From the sequence record PZ386956.1: DNA of 53,024 nucleotides, one strand, 5' to 3'. Of this stretch, positions 29,530-37,818 are shown in pieces; the stretch's first letter is position 1, and the number at the start of each line of letters is the position of its first letter. The DNA is from a phage. A program made the position numbers and the translations under genes. The notes under the pieces are model-generated. The model did not search any database, was not told the origin of the DNA, and was given only the letters and a program-made list of their open reading frames with translations.

Positions 29530-30414
29530 TTATACGGCCATTTGGAGTTTGATGTTTGGCATTGGCTTGTACTTCTCAACCATTGGCGCAACATCGGCAG
29601 GAGTGAAGTCAAATACTGACACATCGTAAATCGCGTTGATGTCAGGACGACCTTCAAAGTTAGTGTCCAGCGTGGTGTCTGTATTGCTCACGATGCGCTG
29701 TAAGAAAATCTTGGCAGCATCGATATGGTTCTTATAGATATGGTAGTCGCCCAAGGTAACAGTCATATCCCCTACACCAACACCCAGTTCTGCAGCGATG
29801 GTAATCTGCAACATCTGGTGCAGCAGAATATCGTGAGGCAGACCCAGAATAACATCCGCGCTACGCATATGGAACATCAGCTCTAATTCATTACGGTTGT
29901 TAATGAACAGCTGAAAACCATGGTAACAAGGCGGAAGGGCCATGGCGTCCATCTCTTGTGGGTTCCATGCCGTAACGTAAGCCCGGCGGTCGGTAGGTTT
30001 AACCTTCAGCGTTTCAATAACATCTTTAAGCTGGTTAGTGAGAACACCATTCTTATAGAAAGGCTTAATCCACTGCACGCCGTACACAGGACCTAAGTCA
30101 CGGTTGTCTGGCGTACCCCAACGTTTGTTTGCGTCCTGCAGGTTACCTTCCCACCAGTTGCAGCCAAAGCCTTTGAGCGTGTCGACGTTTGAAATGCCGT
30201 TGATAAAGCAGTAAAGCTCAGCAGCAACAGCTTTGATGTTAACAGGTTTAAACACCGGCACCATCAGTTTGTTGTCGTTGAAAGCCAGTTTAAACGCCGT
30301 ACCAAAACAACGGCGGGTACCAACACCTGTACGGTCTACAACATCCTCGCCTTTACGTAAGATAAAAGAAATGATGTCGCTGTAAAGAGAATCGACAGTG
30401 CTGTATGTTTTCAT
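29530..30414 (-). CDS. ThyA-family pyrimidine C5-modifying enzyme with Asp at the specificity site (predicted dCMP methylase/hydroxymethylase)
   Basis: 294 aa; thymidylate-synthase landmarks DRTGVGT, GPVYGVQW, DRRAYVTAWNP, LPPCY (catalytic Cys), RSADVILGLPHDI, GDYHIYKNH; the conserved PFNI Asn is Asp. Confidence 0.85.
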   Translation of the reverse strand: MKTYSTVDSLYSDIISFILRKGEDVVDRTGVGTRRCFGTAFKLAFNDNKLMVPVFKPVNIKAVAAELYCFINGISNVDTLKGFGCNWWEGNLQDANKRWGTPDNRDLGPVYGVQWIKPFYKNGVLTNQLKDVIETLKVKPTDRRAYVTAWNPQEMDAMALPPCYHGFQLFINNRNELELMFHMRSADVILGLPHDILLHQMLQITIAAELGVGVGDMTVTLGDYHIYKNHIDAAKIFLQRIVSNTDTTLDTNFEGRPDINAIYDVSVFDFTPADVAPMVEKYKPMPNIKLQMAV

Positions 30415-31007
30415 TAAAACAGTTCCTTTTGAGCCGGGTTAACGTGTGCGTCGATAATGGCCTGAATGTCAGGTGCTTTCCATCCTTCAGGCTTAACAAT
30501 ATCCTGACCAGACTTATGCTTACTATTGCTTGCATCAGGCTTAGCGCGTTCTTTCGCCATGTTAGCAGCCTGTACCGCATCCCATGCGGCGTCAAGTGGC
30601 CAGTTGTTGTTTGCACACCAGGTAATCAGGTGGATAATTAACTGGGCCAGACGGTCGCAATGAGTGTCTTCAGTATCCTTAACGTATACGATAAGACCTT
30701 CAGCATCAAAGCGGTCCATAAATCCGCATGGCGTAGTCAACAGAATCGGATACTCAAATTCGTTGGTGAACCATGCTGTCTGGTCATACAGGTATAACGT
30801 ACCTGCAGCAATATAGATTAAGTCTACAATACCATCTAAGAATCCAGCTTTATCGCCTTCCTTCTTAGCTTGTTTAATTTCATCCATCTCCTCAATAAGA
30901 CGGTCATAGCGAAGCTTGAACTCTGGCTTACCGCCCTGGCTAATGGGCTTGAGGTCAAACTTCTCGTGGAAAGCTGTAACACCTGCAGCAATTTTACTGA
31001 ATCGCAT
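30414..31007 (-). CDS. MazG-like nucleotide pyrophosphohydrolase (putative)
   Basis: 197 aa, all-alpha with acidic EExxE-type cluster (RLIEEMDEIKQAKKEGD); start overlaps ThyA-like gene; assignment tentative. Confidence 0.4.
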   Translation of the reverse strand: MRFSKIAAGVTAFHEKFDLKPISQGGKPEFKLRYDRLIEEMDEIKQAKKEGDKAGFLDGIVDLIYIAAGTLYLYDQTAWFTNEFEYPILLTTPCGFMDRFDAEGLIVYVKDTEDTHCDRLAQLIIHLITWCANNNWPLDAAWDAVQAANMAKERAKPDASNSKHKSGQDIVKPEGWKAPDIQAIIDAHVNPAQKELF

Positions 31008-31392
31008 TTCTTAACTCCTTACAAACAGTTTCGATAAACTTACGTTTTGTTTCAGTAGACCAGATTATATGTCGGGCCTTCTCTAATACGTCCCAACGGT
31101 CTTTACCCACAGGAAAGGGGACAATGAAGAGGCCGGTGCGAGATATACGCTTGATAAACGGGAACTTGCAACGCATGGTTGTTTCAAATTTGATAAAGTT
31201 ATTTTGCGCTTCGCGTGTAAATTTAACCTTATCAAATTCATGCTCGAGTGTTTGAGCAAGGTTGCATACCTCATGGAAAGAGGATGCAGGCAGGTAGTCT
31301 TCACGACCGACAGTGTTTACGTAGTCAATTTGGCCTTCAAGACGAAGTATCCAAATTCTATAATAAGCTTCAGCGACACGTTGTAGATTCAT
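30994..31392 (-). CDS. hypothetical protein
   Basis: 132-aa ORF, first gene downstream of a promoter/terminator pair. Confidence 0.5.
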   Translation of the reverse strand: MNLQRVAEAYYRIWILRLEGQIDYVNTVGREDYLPASSFHEVCNLAQTLEHEFDKVKFTREAQNNFIKFETTMRCKFPFIKRISRTGLFIVPFPVGKDRWDVLEKARHIIWSTETKRKFIETVCKELRNAIQ

Positions 31393-31418
31393 TGTATCTC
31401 TCCTCTAAAAGATAACTT

Positions 31419-31447
31419 ATTATACCACATCACTCTCTAGTGGTAAA
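31419..31447 (-). promoter_or_regulatory. promoter TTTACC-N17-TATAAT with extended -10 and internal palindrome
   Basis: On minus strand: TTTACCACtagagagtgatgTGGTATAAT; ACCAC/GTGGT arms span the spacer. Confidence 0.45.
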
Positions 31448-31472
31448 GCACTTTTTATGCTTCGGGTAAAAT

Positions 31473-31502
31473 AAAAAGGACCAGCGTTAACTGGTCCTTT
31501 TG
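31473..31502. terminator. bidirectional rho-independent terminator
   Basis: AAAAA-GGACCAG-cgttaa-CTGGTCC-TTTT: 7-bp GC stem flanked by A-run and T-run, so it terminates in either orientation. Confidence 0.6.
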
Positions 31503-31552
31503 GCAGGGTGGCGTAAGGAGATACAAGGAATCGCAGTTATGCAACCAGGCAG

Positions 31553-31641
31553 CGCATATGAGATTGGCTAAAGGACTTACCGACTTAGTCCCCGCGACGA
31601 GTCAGAAAGGAGGTACCGTCAAGTAGCCAATCGCATATGCG
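31553..31641. repeat. long stem-loop element 1 (18-bp inverted repeat, 1 mismatch, ~53-nt loop)
   Basis: cGCATATGaGATTGGCTA ... TAGCCAATCgCATATGCg; loop contains nested hairpin GGACT-taccgact-tAGTCC. Confidence 0.6.
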
Positions 31642-31642
31642 T

Positions 31643-31727
31643 TACTTGCTGTGTGCTCTTACCACATGAAAAGTATATAGCGTTACACTTATCACACAGT
31701 TGTAGTGGCAAAAGCACACAGCGAGTA
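31643..31727. repeat. long stem-loop element 2 (15-bp inverted repeat with one G-T pair, 55-nt loop)
   Basis: TACTTGCTGTGTGCT ... AGCACACAGCGAGTA; inner 10 bp perfect. Confidence 0.6.
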
Positions 31728-31732
31728 CAACC

Positions 31733-31819
31733 TTAGTTGTGGTGTCTTAGCACCTGAGTTACTGTGGATAACCTGCACCCGACGGGTGTCAAAAAGATAC
31801 GCCAAAACACCACAACTAA
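31733..31819. repeat. long stem-loop element 3 (13-bp perfect inverted repeat, 61-nt loop)
   Basis: TTAGTTGTGGTGT ... ACACCACAACTAA; loop contains hairpin CACCCG-a-CGGGTG; followed by 12-bp palindrome CCAGGCGCCTGG (31840-31851). Confidence 0.6.
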
Positions 31820-32070
31820 AATTGTGACCGCCGTCTACACCAGGCGCCTGGGGTCAAGGTAGCGAGCCAATACCCTTTTCAGCGTTGGAGGAATCGAACC
31901 TCACACATCACGGCTTTTACCAAATCTCGGTCAGCGAGCAGAATTGAACTGCATTCACTGGACACCCTCACTGTTTCAACACACCAGGCTTAATTGATTG
32001 TTGATAAGAAGAGAGATGTAAGGATGTCCATTGAATGCACCTCCGTAGAGGTGCGTTCAGATCAGCGCTA

Positions 32071-32538
32071 TTATTCAGCGACTTCTTCGTTGTCGCCTTC
32101 GATCGCGCCAGCCAGTTTAGCAGCTTCAGCTTTAGCAGCTTCTGCTTTCTGGCGAGCTTTTTCAGCTTTCTCTTCAGCTTTGCGGATCTGCTCAGCAGCT
32201 TTCGCTTCGGCTTTTTCAGCTTTGATGCGAGCACGCTCTTCAGCTTTACGCTGTTTTTCAGCGGCTTTAGCAGCATCGCGTTCTGCTTTAGCGGTATCAA
32301 CACGCTTAGCCAGAACTTTACCAGTGGCTTTACGCCAGTAGGTCAGCTGGGAAGAAACAGTACCACGGGACATTTCGGTAGTGGCAACAACTTCGTCCAT
32401 AACGTCAGAGCTGGACTTGCCTTCTTCGTGGGCTTTGTCAGCCAGGTCCCATACATAACGTGCGCCAGTACCAGCTGCCGGATACAGTACGCCGTTAACT
32501 TCTTCTTTACCAGTTACAAAAGTCAGTTTCTCGCTCAT
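32071..32538 (-). CDS. Lys/Ala-rich histone-H1-like DNA-binding protein (putative)
   Basis: Start ATG 32538 (GAGG RBS); C-terminal 70 aa is an AKAE/KAEE low-complexity basic tract. Confidence 0.5.
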   Translation of the reverse strand: MSEKLTFVTGKEEVNGVLYPAAGTGARYVWDLADKAHEEGKSSSDVMDEVVATTEMSRGTVSSQLTYWRKATGKVLAKRVDTAKAERDAAKAAEKQRKAEERARIKAEKAEAKAAEQIRKAEEKAEKARQKAEAAKAEAAKLAGAIEGDNEEVAE

Positions 32539-32586
32539 AATTTTTTCCTCGTCTACAGGGCTTAATGTTTGTTCGTTACGTGAGTT

Positions 32587-32615
32587 AATATACGTCATTT
32601 AAAAGAGTGTGTAAA
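32587..32615 (-). promoter_or_regulatory. promoter TTTACA-N17-TATATT
   Basis: Minus strand TTTACAcactcttttaaatgacgTATATT about 45 nt upstream of the KA-rich gene start. Confidence 0.4.
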
Positions 32616-32644
32616 CACCTTTTTTAAACTTTTTTCATTAGTGT

Positions 32645-32866
32645 CTAGAAAGGCACATCATAGTCAAAAAGTTTACATCCGGAAGACAGGACTGCCGGCG
32701 GTGGTGTTTTGCCTCCGGATAATAGACAGCCTCCTGCCTGGAAGCTACGGCAGTTCGCACAGCTCATATCCTGCAGGTATATAATAAGCTGCCGGCGAAC
32801 GTGCCGCGGTAAAGCTTTAGCCTGGGTTGCTACCCGTTCAAATAGTTCTCTGTCATCGAGCGCCAT
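32645..32866 (-). CDS. small Cys-containing hypothetical protein
   Basis: 73-aa ORF overlapping helicase stop by 14 nt; CANC...GGC...GC motif; weak. Confidence 0.3.
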   Translation of the reverse strand: MALDDRELFERVATQAKALPRHVRRQLIIYLQDMSCANCRSFQAGGCLLSGGKTPPPAVLSSGCKLFDYDVPF

Positions 32867-34523
32867 ATCCGTTTCCCCAGTCGTAGTTCATGATTTGTGG
32901 GTAGGGTCGTTTAATCCATACCTTGATACGCTTAGGAATGGCCAGCTCACCCTTACGGCGAATAAACTCATCGCATGTTTCAGGCGGTTCTGTTCCTGCA
33001 GCATTACGCCACCAGGCATCTGCCATTTGTTTAGCATTGCCATGGGCCTCTATATTTACCCATGTTGTATACACTTCCAGGTTTGAGTAGTACACAACCT
33101 TTATACTGTCAGGTCGTCCCTGCTTCTGGAATAAAGAATAGTTTACCAGCGTAACATCTTTATCCACAACACGAAGCTGACCATTAGTCATTACCTCTTC
33201 TTCTGACGAAGTGAATGCAATAGCAGGTCCGTTAACTGTAAATTCAAATTCATGTCCGCACATCGGATATACACCATTCTCGTCTGGCGTACTTCCTTTA
33301 GCCGGATGTTTACACGTACGAGCAGCATAGCCACTTACCTGGTGACAGATAGGGCACTCTTTACCACCAGGCGTTTTCTCTGACCGTTTCTTTTTCTTCT
33401 TACCAAGACGTGGCGGAACAGCCGGGTCGTCAATAGGTCCAAGGTCAATGGTATTAGATGTAAAGTCCATGACAAGACAGTCATGCTTGCCAGGCGCTGT
33501 ACGTAATCCTCGACCGAGTATCTGCACCCACAAAGCAACGGACGTGGACGGGCGCAAGATGCCGAGCATATCAATCTCAGGATAGTCAAATCCTGTCGTC
33601 AATACGTTTACGTTTACACAGACTCGCGCTCGTCCGCTTGTAAACTCTTCCAGTGCGGCTTCACGTTCTTTCTTTGTAAGACCGCCATGCACAACTACAG
33701 TCTGCCACCCTCGCAGATTAAATTCGTCTGCTATGTTGTGGGCGTGCTCAACACTTGTGGCAAATACAAGAACGTGGTTCCTGTCTTTACCGTAGTGCAT
33801 CATCTCACGAATAGCCGCGACTGTTATACTATGCTGGTTGGCTACCTTCTCAAGCTCTGACGGAATGTAGTCACCCATCCTTTCGCCAACATTACTGGTG
33901 TCAATCTTGGTTAACACTTTCTTGTTGACCAGGCGCGACAGGAAGCCTTCATTTACCAGTCTGGTGAATGCGTCAGGTGTTGTAAGGTCGTAGCAGATGT
34001 CGGTAAATATACCACAGTCCAGCAAGTGACCACCTGCCAGGCGGTACGGAGTTGCTGTGAGTCCTGTTACCTTTACCTTAGGATTAAGCTCTTTGAAGTG
34101 AGCAATAACCTTACGGTATGTTGTTTCAGACTTCTCAGGAACAAGATGGGCTTCGTCAATGAATATAAGATTGAACTTACCTGCTTCTTCCAGGTTCTTA
34201 ATAATCGACTGTACTGACGCTACAACGATACGACCTGAAAAGTCTTTGTGTCCTGCGCCTGAAGAGTAGATAGATACGGGTGCTTGTGGCCAGTGGCGTA
34301 CAATCGCTTTGGCGTCTTGTTCTACCAGCTCCTTGACGTGTGTCAATATAAGAATGCGCTGACGGGGATAGCTGGTAAGAATATCCTTCATCAACATACC
34401 AAGCACAGGTGATTTACCTGAACCTGTCGGCATGACAATAAGTGGATTACCACTATAAGAATTGAAGTACGACCACCAAGCTGTGACCGCTTCTTGTTGA
34501 TACCAGCGAGCTTCAAAAGCCAT
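32853..34523 (-). CDS. SF2 DEAH-box DNA helicase with C-terminal zinc ribbon
   Basis: 556 aa; motif I MPTGSGKS, motif II FIDEAHLV, TAT/ARG motifs; Lys-rich linker then CPICH...C..C. Confidence 0.85.
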   Translation of the reverse strand: MAFEARWYQQEAVTAWWSYFNSYSGNPLIVMPTGSGKSPVLGMLMKDILTSYPRQRILILTHVKELVEQDAKAIVRHWPQAPVSIYSSGAGHKDFSGRIVVASVQSIIKNLEEAGKFNLIFIDEAHLVPEKSETTYRKVIAHFKELNPKVKVTGLTATPYRLAGGHLLDCGIFTDICYDLTTPDAFTRLVNEGFLSRLVNKKVLTKIDTSNVGERMGDYIPSELEKVANQHSITVAAIREMMHYGKDRNHVLVFATSVEHAHNIADEFNLRGWQTVVVHGGLTKKEREAALEEFTSGRARVCVNVNVLTTGFDYPEIDMLGILRPSTSVALWVQILGRGLRTAPGKHDCLVMDFTSNTIDLGPIDDPAVPPRLGKKKKKRSEKTPGGKECPICHQVSGYAARTCKHPAKGSTPDENGVYPMCGHEFEFTVNGPAIAFTSSEEEVMTNGQLRVVDKDVTLVNYSLFQKQGRPDSIKVVYYSNLEVYTTWVNIEAHGNAKQMADAWWRNAAGTEPPETCDEFIRRKGELAIPKRIKVWIKRPYPQIMNYDWGNGYGAR

Positions 34524-34581
34524 TTATCATCTCCTCATTAACTTTATATATTATACCACTTCCTTGTGGTAAAGTATACTT

Positions 34582-35460
34582 TTATTTTAAGGAAAGTTTA
34601 ACGGGCTTCTCATCCTGCGGGAAGACATCAGCGGCGTGATAATCATCGCAAGCCGCTAATTGCTCTTCGGTTGTTTCGAGCTCTTTCTGGTGTTTGTTAC
34701 AATACCACACTTTGCCCTGGAGCGGTTTACTGTAGTGGCAGGTTCTGCAGTTCCTGTCGGGCATTGCTCCTTTGTGGCACAAGTGGTGGTACGTGCACAT
34801 TCCTGGCTTGCACTCCCACCAAATAGGCGATTCAGAAATCTTCGGCATATCCAAACCAGATTCCGCATATACGACAGCCTCTGCTTTGCTCAGTTGTATA
34901 TCACTTTCAAGTAAGTCAATCTCGACCACTTCAAAATACATCTCGTCGGTGTTCTTGTTAATTGCAATATACACAGCTTGATTCAGCTTAAGCTTCCGCA
35001 TGTATACCTGCATCTGTGCATAGTGTACCGGCTTACTGGCTTTAACAGACTTGAGCTTGATTAGCTCTTTAAATGACTTATCACCATGCGTTTTGAATTC
35101 AGCAAGTGCCCATACGCCTTTGTATTTGACTACACAGTCACAAGACCCAGAGAAGATGTCATTGAAATCGTGTATGCGCCACTGCTTACCCGTTTTAGGG
35201 TTGACGTCCAGCACTTCATCACACACGGAACGAAGCCACTTCACAATTCTGCTTTCTTCAAGGTTACCACGTTCAAACAGACGAAGTTGCTTCGCGGTAA
35301 ACTTCTCCTTGTACGACCAGTGCAGAACGTGCCAAAGATAGCGATAGCAGTTGTGTCCTATCTGCGATGCTCCAAGATGCCCGCGTCGTTCTTCTCTTTC
35401 GTGGGCTTCGACTATCTTGATGTCAATACGTTTCTGCAGGTCGTCAAACGGACTGGGCAT
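34582..35460 (-). CDS. Cas4/RecB-like PD-(D/E)xK exonuclease (Fe-S type)
   Basis: Start ATG 35460 (GGAG RBS; track first Met at 35577 is internal to upstream gene); N-terminal Cys plus C-terminal C-x4-C-x5-C cluster, D...EFK nuclease motif. Confidence 0.6.
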   Translation of the reverse strand: MPSPFDDLQKRIDIKIVEAHEREERRGHLGASQIGHNCYRYLWHVLHWSYKEKFTAKQLRLFERGNLEESRIVKWLRSVCDEVLDVNPKTGKQWRIHDFNDIFSGSCDCVVKYKGVWALAEFKTHGDKSFKELIKLKSVKASKPVHYAQMQVYMRKLKLNQAVYIAINKNTDEMYFEVVEIDLLESDIQLSKAEAVVYAESGLDMPKISESPIWWECKPGMCTYHHLCHKGAMPDRNCRTCHYSKPLQGKVWYCNKHQKELETTEEQLAACDDYHAADVFPQDEKPVKLSLK

Positions 35461-35929
35461 TATTAAACTCCTCAATGCTGAATTCGTCGTACACAATGTT
35501 ATGTGCCCACAAATGAGCGACGGCATTTGCCATGCTCTCTTTCCACTTGGATTGTGAAGCTGTATGTGCCAATGCAACTACACGTACCAGGTTAAGGTTG
35601 GCTATCAGCATGTCAGCACAATGTTCGCACGGCGGGTAGGTTATGTAGATGGTAACCGGGCCTAAAGAAGGAGTGTCTAACTCACTCCTTATATTAGCTA
35701 AGGTGTTTATCTCGCTATGAATAGTTAGAGCGTTCTTGAGGCTATTAGGCACTATTCTTATAGAGTCTAACTGCGTAGGCAGACCGTTATATCCAGTGGA
35801 AATAATACGCTTGTTCTGGTCCACAAGAACGCTACCGACTTGACGTTTCGGGTCCTTAGACCAGCTTGCAACTTCACAAGCTATGCGCATAAACCGCCTG
35901 TCCCACTTGTCCATCTTCTTCTTTTGCAT
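35444..35929 (-). CDS. dCMP deaminase
   Basis: 161 aa; zinc-binding HSE (HSEINTLANI) and PCEHC motifs of deoxycytidylate deaminases. Confidence 0.85.
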   Translation of the reverse strand: MQKKKMDKWDRRFMRIACEVASWSKDPKRQVGSVLVDQNKRIISTGYNGLPTQLDSIRIVPNSLKNALTIHSEINTLANIRSELDTPSLGPVTIYITYPPCEHCADMLIANLNLVRVVALAHTASQSKWKESMANAVAHLWAHNIVYDEFSIEEFNNAQSV

Positions 35930-35990
35930 GGTAGTCTCCGTATACGAAAATAGGGGCCGAAGCCCCTATTGAATATCTACTCGGCAGGGA

Positions 35991-36536
35991 TTATTCTTCC
36001 CAAGGAGCTGCTGCACCGTCGTCAGCACCAGGGGCCGTTGCAGTAGCACTCGCCTTCGTTGAAGTACCCGCACCTGCACCTACTTTCTTCGTCGTCGATG
36101 CAGTTGCTTGAGACTGACCGCCTACTGCAGTAGTTGCTTCAGTTGACGCTTTGTATTCGCGAATATCGTTCTGTGGGTCGTACTCACCGGTCTTGTCAAC
36201 GCGAATGCCTACTTTACCAGCTACGATACGGTTTTCCAGCAGGCCAGTAGAAGTCAGTTCAACAATACCCAGAGCACGGCACAATGCAGACAGTTTGCGA
36301 TGACCGATTTCAACAGCTTGTGCGTTAGGGTTGGAGTAAGTAATCATGTCAAATACAACACGGTTAGCAAACTCACCTTCCTGCACTTTCAGACGCAGGG
36401 ACAGGTAAGAACCGGTGCCTGCTTTAGTCGGCTTCAGCTCAACCTCTTCAATCATGAAGTTGTACCAGCCTTTCGGGATTGGGTCAAAAGACTGTTGCGG
36501 TTCGACGGTAGAGCTGTTGAAGTTTAATTCAGCCAT
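35991..36536 (-). CDS. ssDNA-binding protein (putative)
   Basis: 181 aa; globular N-domain, Gly/Ala/Thr/Ser-rich linker, acidic C-terminal tip (DDGAAAPWEE); adjacent to Sak4-like and exonuclease genes. Confidence 0.45.
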   Translation of the reverse strand: MAELNFNSSTVEPQQSFDPIPKGWYNFMIEEVELKPTKAGTGSYLSLRLKVQEGEFANRVVFDMITYSNPNAQAVEIGHRKLSALCRALGIVELTSTGLLENRIVAGKVGIRVDKTGEYDPQNDIREYKASTEATTAVGGQSQATASTTKKVGAGAGTSTKASATATAPGADDGAAAPWEE

Positions 36537-36608
36537 TGTTTGGTATCCTGTTTAAGTTTAGTTTAATTTCGTTTAACGCTTTACCGGCAGCGTTCGGCCG
36601 TGATGCTT

Positions 36609-36638
36609 ATTATACGCCACTTTTTATCATGGCGTAAA
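36609..36638 (-). promoter_or_regulatory. promoter TTTACG-N18-TATAAT with internal palindrome
   Basis: Minus strand TTTACGCCAtgataaaaagTGGCGTATAAT; arms CGCCA/TGGCG. Confidence 0.4.
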
Positions 36639-36643
36639 CACTT

Positions 36644-37528
36644 TTATTCGCCGGATTCTTTTTCAGCTTGAGCGGCTTTCTTCGCCATCCAGGCTTGGTG
36701 CTTCTCTTTCGATTCGTCCGAACCGATTTTAGTGAGCTGCACGTTCGGGTCGTCGTTCTGCATCTGTTCTGCAGCTCGACCTGTCAGAAGCAGGTAGCTG
36801 TCTGACTCCGGATGATAGTACCACAGCTGGTAAGGATGATAGCCTTGCAGCTTGTCATAAATCCAGCCCAGGTCAGCAGGTTCACGTGCATCCAGTTCAC
36901 GGCCTGGTGCGTTACGGCACTTAGCTTCCCATTGGTAGTCTGGCTGTGTCTGGATGTATCGCTCGCTGTTACCGTTGGCGTCGGGTGCAGTCATACGTAA
37001 AGCAAGCACCGCATCCATAAGGTACGGTAACTGTTTAGGCAACTGCTGACCAGGCATAAGAGGTGAGTACAACATTGCACCAGTAACTTCGTCCTTGTTC
37101 TTCTCAAGCTTGCACAGGTATGCAACGCTGAAAGGCAAGTCACGGAACTGACGCATGATATACATCATCTTGTCGTTAGTATTACCATAGGCCTGTCGTT
37201 TGTCGTTGACCTGCGACTTCTCATAGTCCAGACAAACTTCAGCCACGTCTGATAACGAGTCGAAAATCAGATGCTCATACTTCTGCGCATCCTTACTTTC
37301 GGTAAGCCATTTGTACAGCGCCAGAATGTCGTTGAACGTATTGATTGGCGTAGAGTCAATGTCAGCGTCTGCAATTGACATCAAACCGCCTTCGGCGTTA
37401 ATGACAAGAACCTTGTCGTGAGGCAAGGTCTTAGCCAGGGTGGTTTTACCAACACCTGATGCGCCGTAAATAGCGACCTTAGGTCGCTTATTTTCTACGG
37501 CTTGTTTAGTAGATACAATCTGAACCAT
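36644..37528 (-). CDS. Sak4-like RecA-family recombination ATPase
   Basis: 294 aa; N-terminal Walker A GASGVGKTT then Walker B-like hydrophobic-D; acidic C-terminus. Confidence 0.7.
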   Translation of the reverse strand: MVQIVSTKQAVENKRPKVAIYGASGVGKTTLAKTLPHDKVLVINAEGGLMSIADADIDSTPINTFNDILALYKWLTESKDAQKYEHLIFDSLSDVAEVCLDYEKSQVNDKRQAYGNTNDKMMYIMRQFRDLPFSVAYLCKLEKNKDEVTGAMLYSPLMPGQQLPKQLPYLMDAVLALRMTAPDANGNSERYIQTQPDYQWEAKCRNAPGRELDAREPADLGWIYDKLQGYHPYQLWYYHPESDSYLLLTGRAAEQMQNDDPNVQLTKIGSDESKEKHQAWMAKKAAQAEKESGE

Positions 37529-37758
37529 TAATGATAGTCCTCGTAAAGTGATTCTTCATCGCAATACATACGGTAAAGAGCTTCTTCGGCTTCTTCCAGA
37601 GTGTCGAACTCCTCGCCACAGACGGAGTACGTTGTGGGTTCATCAAATGACTCGACGATGTGCCAGTCATGATGAACGCCATATGTCCATAAATCGCAGT
37701 TATCTTTTGCTACAAGCTTACGTGTGGAACGAAATTGTGCTAGAGTATTGATGCTCAT
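37528..37758 (-). CDS. hypothetical protein
   Basis: Start ATG 37758 with GAGGAG 8 nt upstream; acidic C-terminus; track ORF starts at 37797 inside the promoter. Confidence 0.45.
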   Translation of the reverse strand: MSINTLAQFRSTRKLVAKDNCDLWTYGVHHDWHIVESFDEPTTYSVCGEEFDTLEEAEEALYRMYCDEESLYEDYH

Positions 37759-37818
37759 ATTCTCTCTCCTCATGTGTATAGAGGTATTATACACCACTTA
37801 CATGGGGTAAGTACACTA

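Noticed and set aside
31880-31910. tRNA-like T-arm motif (minus strand GGTTCGATTCC) inside the structured non-coding region
   Set aside because: No 7-bp acceptor stem pairs with the flanking sequence at the required spacing, and no D-arm or anticodon arm could be built; at most a degenerate tRNA remnant.
32035-32565. 176-aa plus-strand ORF (Phe/Ser-rich)
   Set aside because: Mirror frame of the Lys/Ala-rich minus-strand gene; low-complexity artefact.
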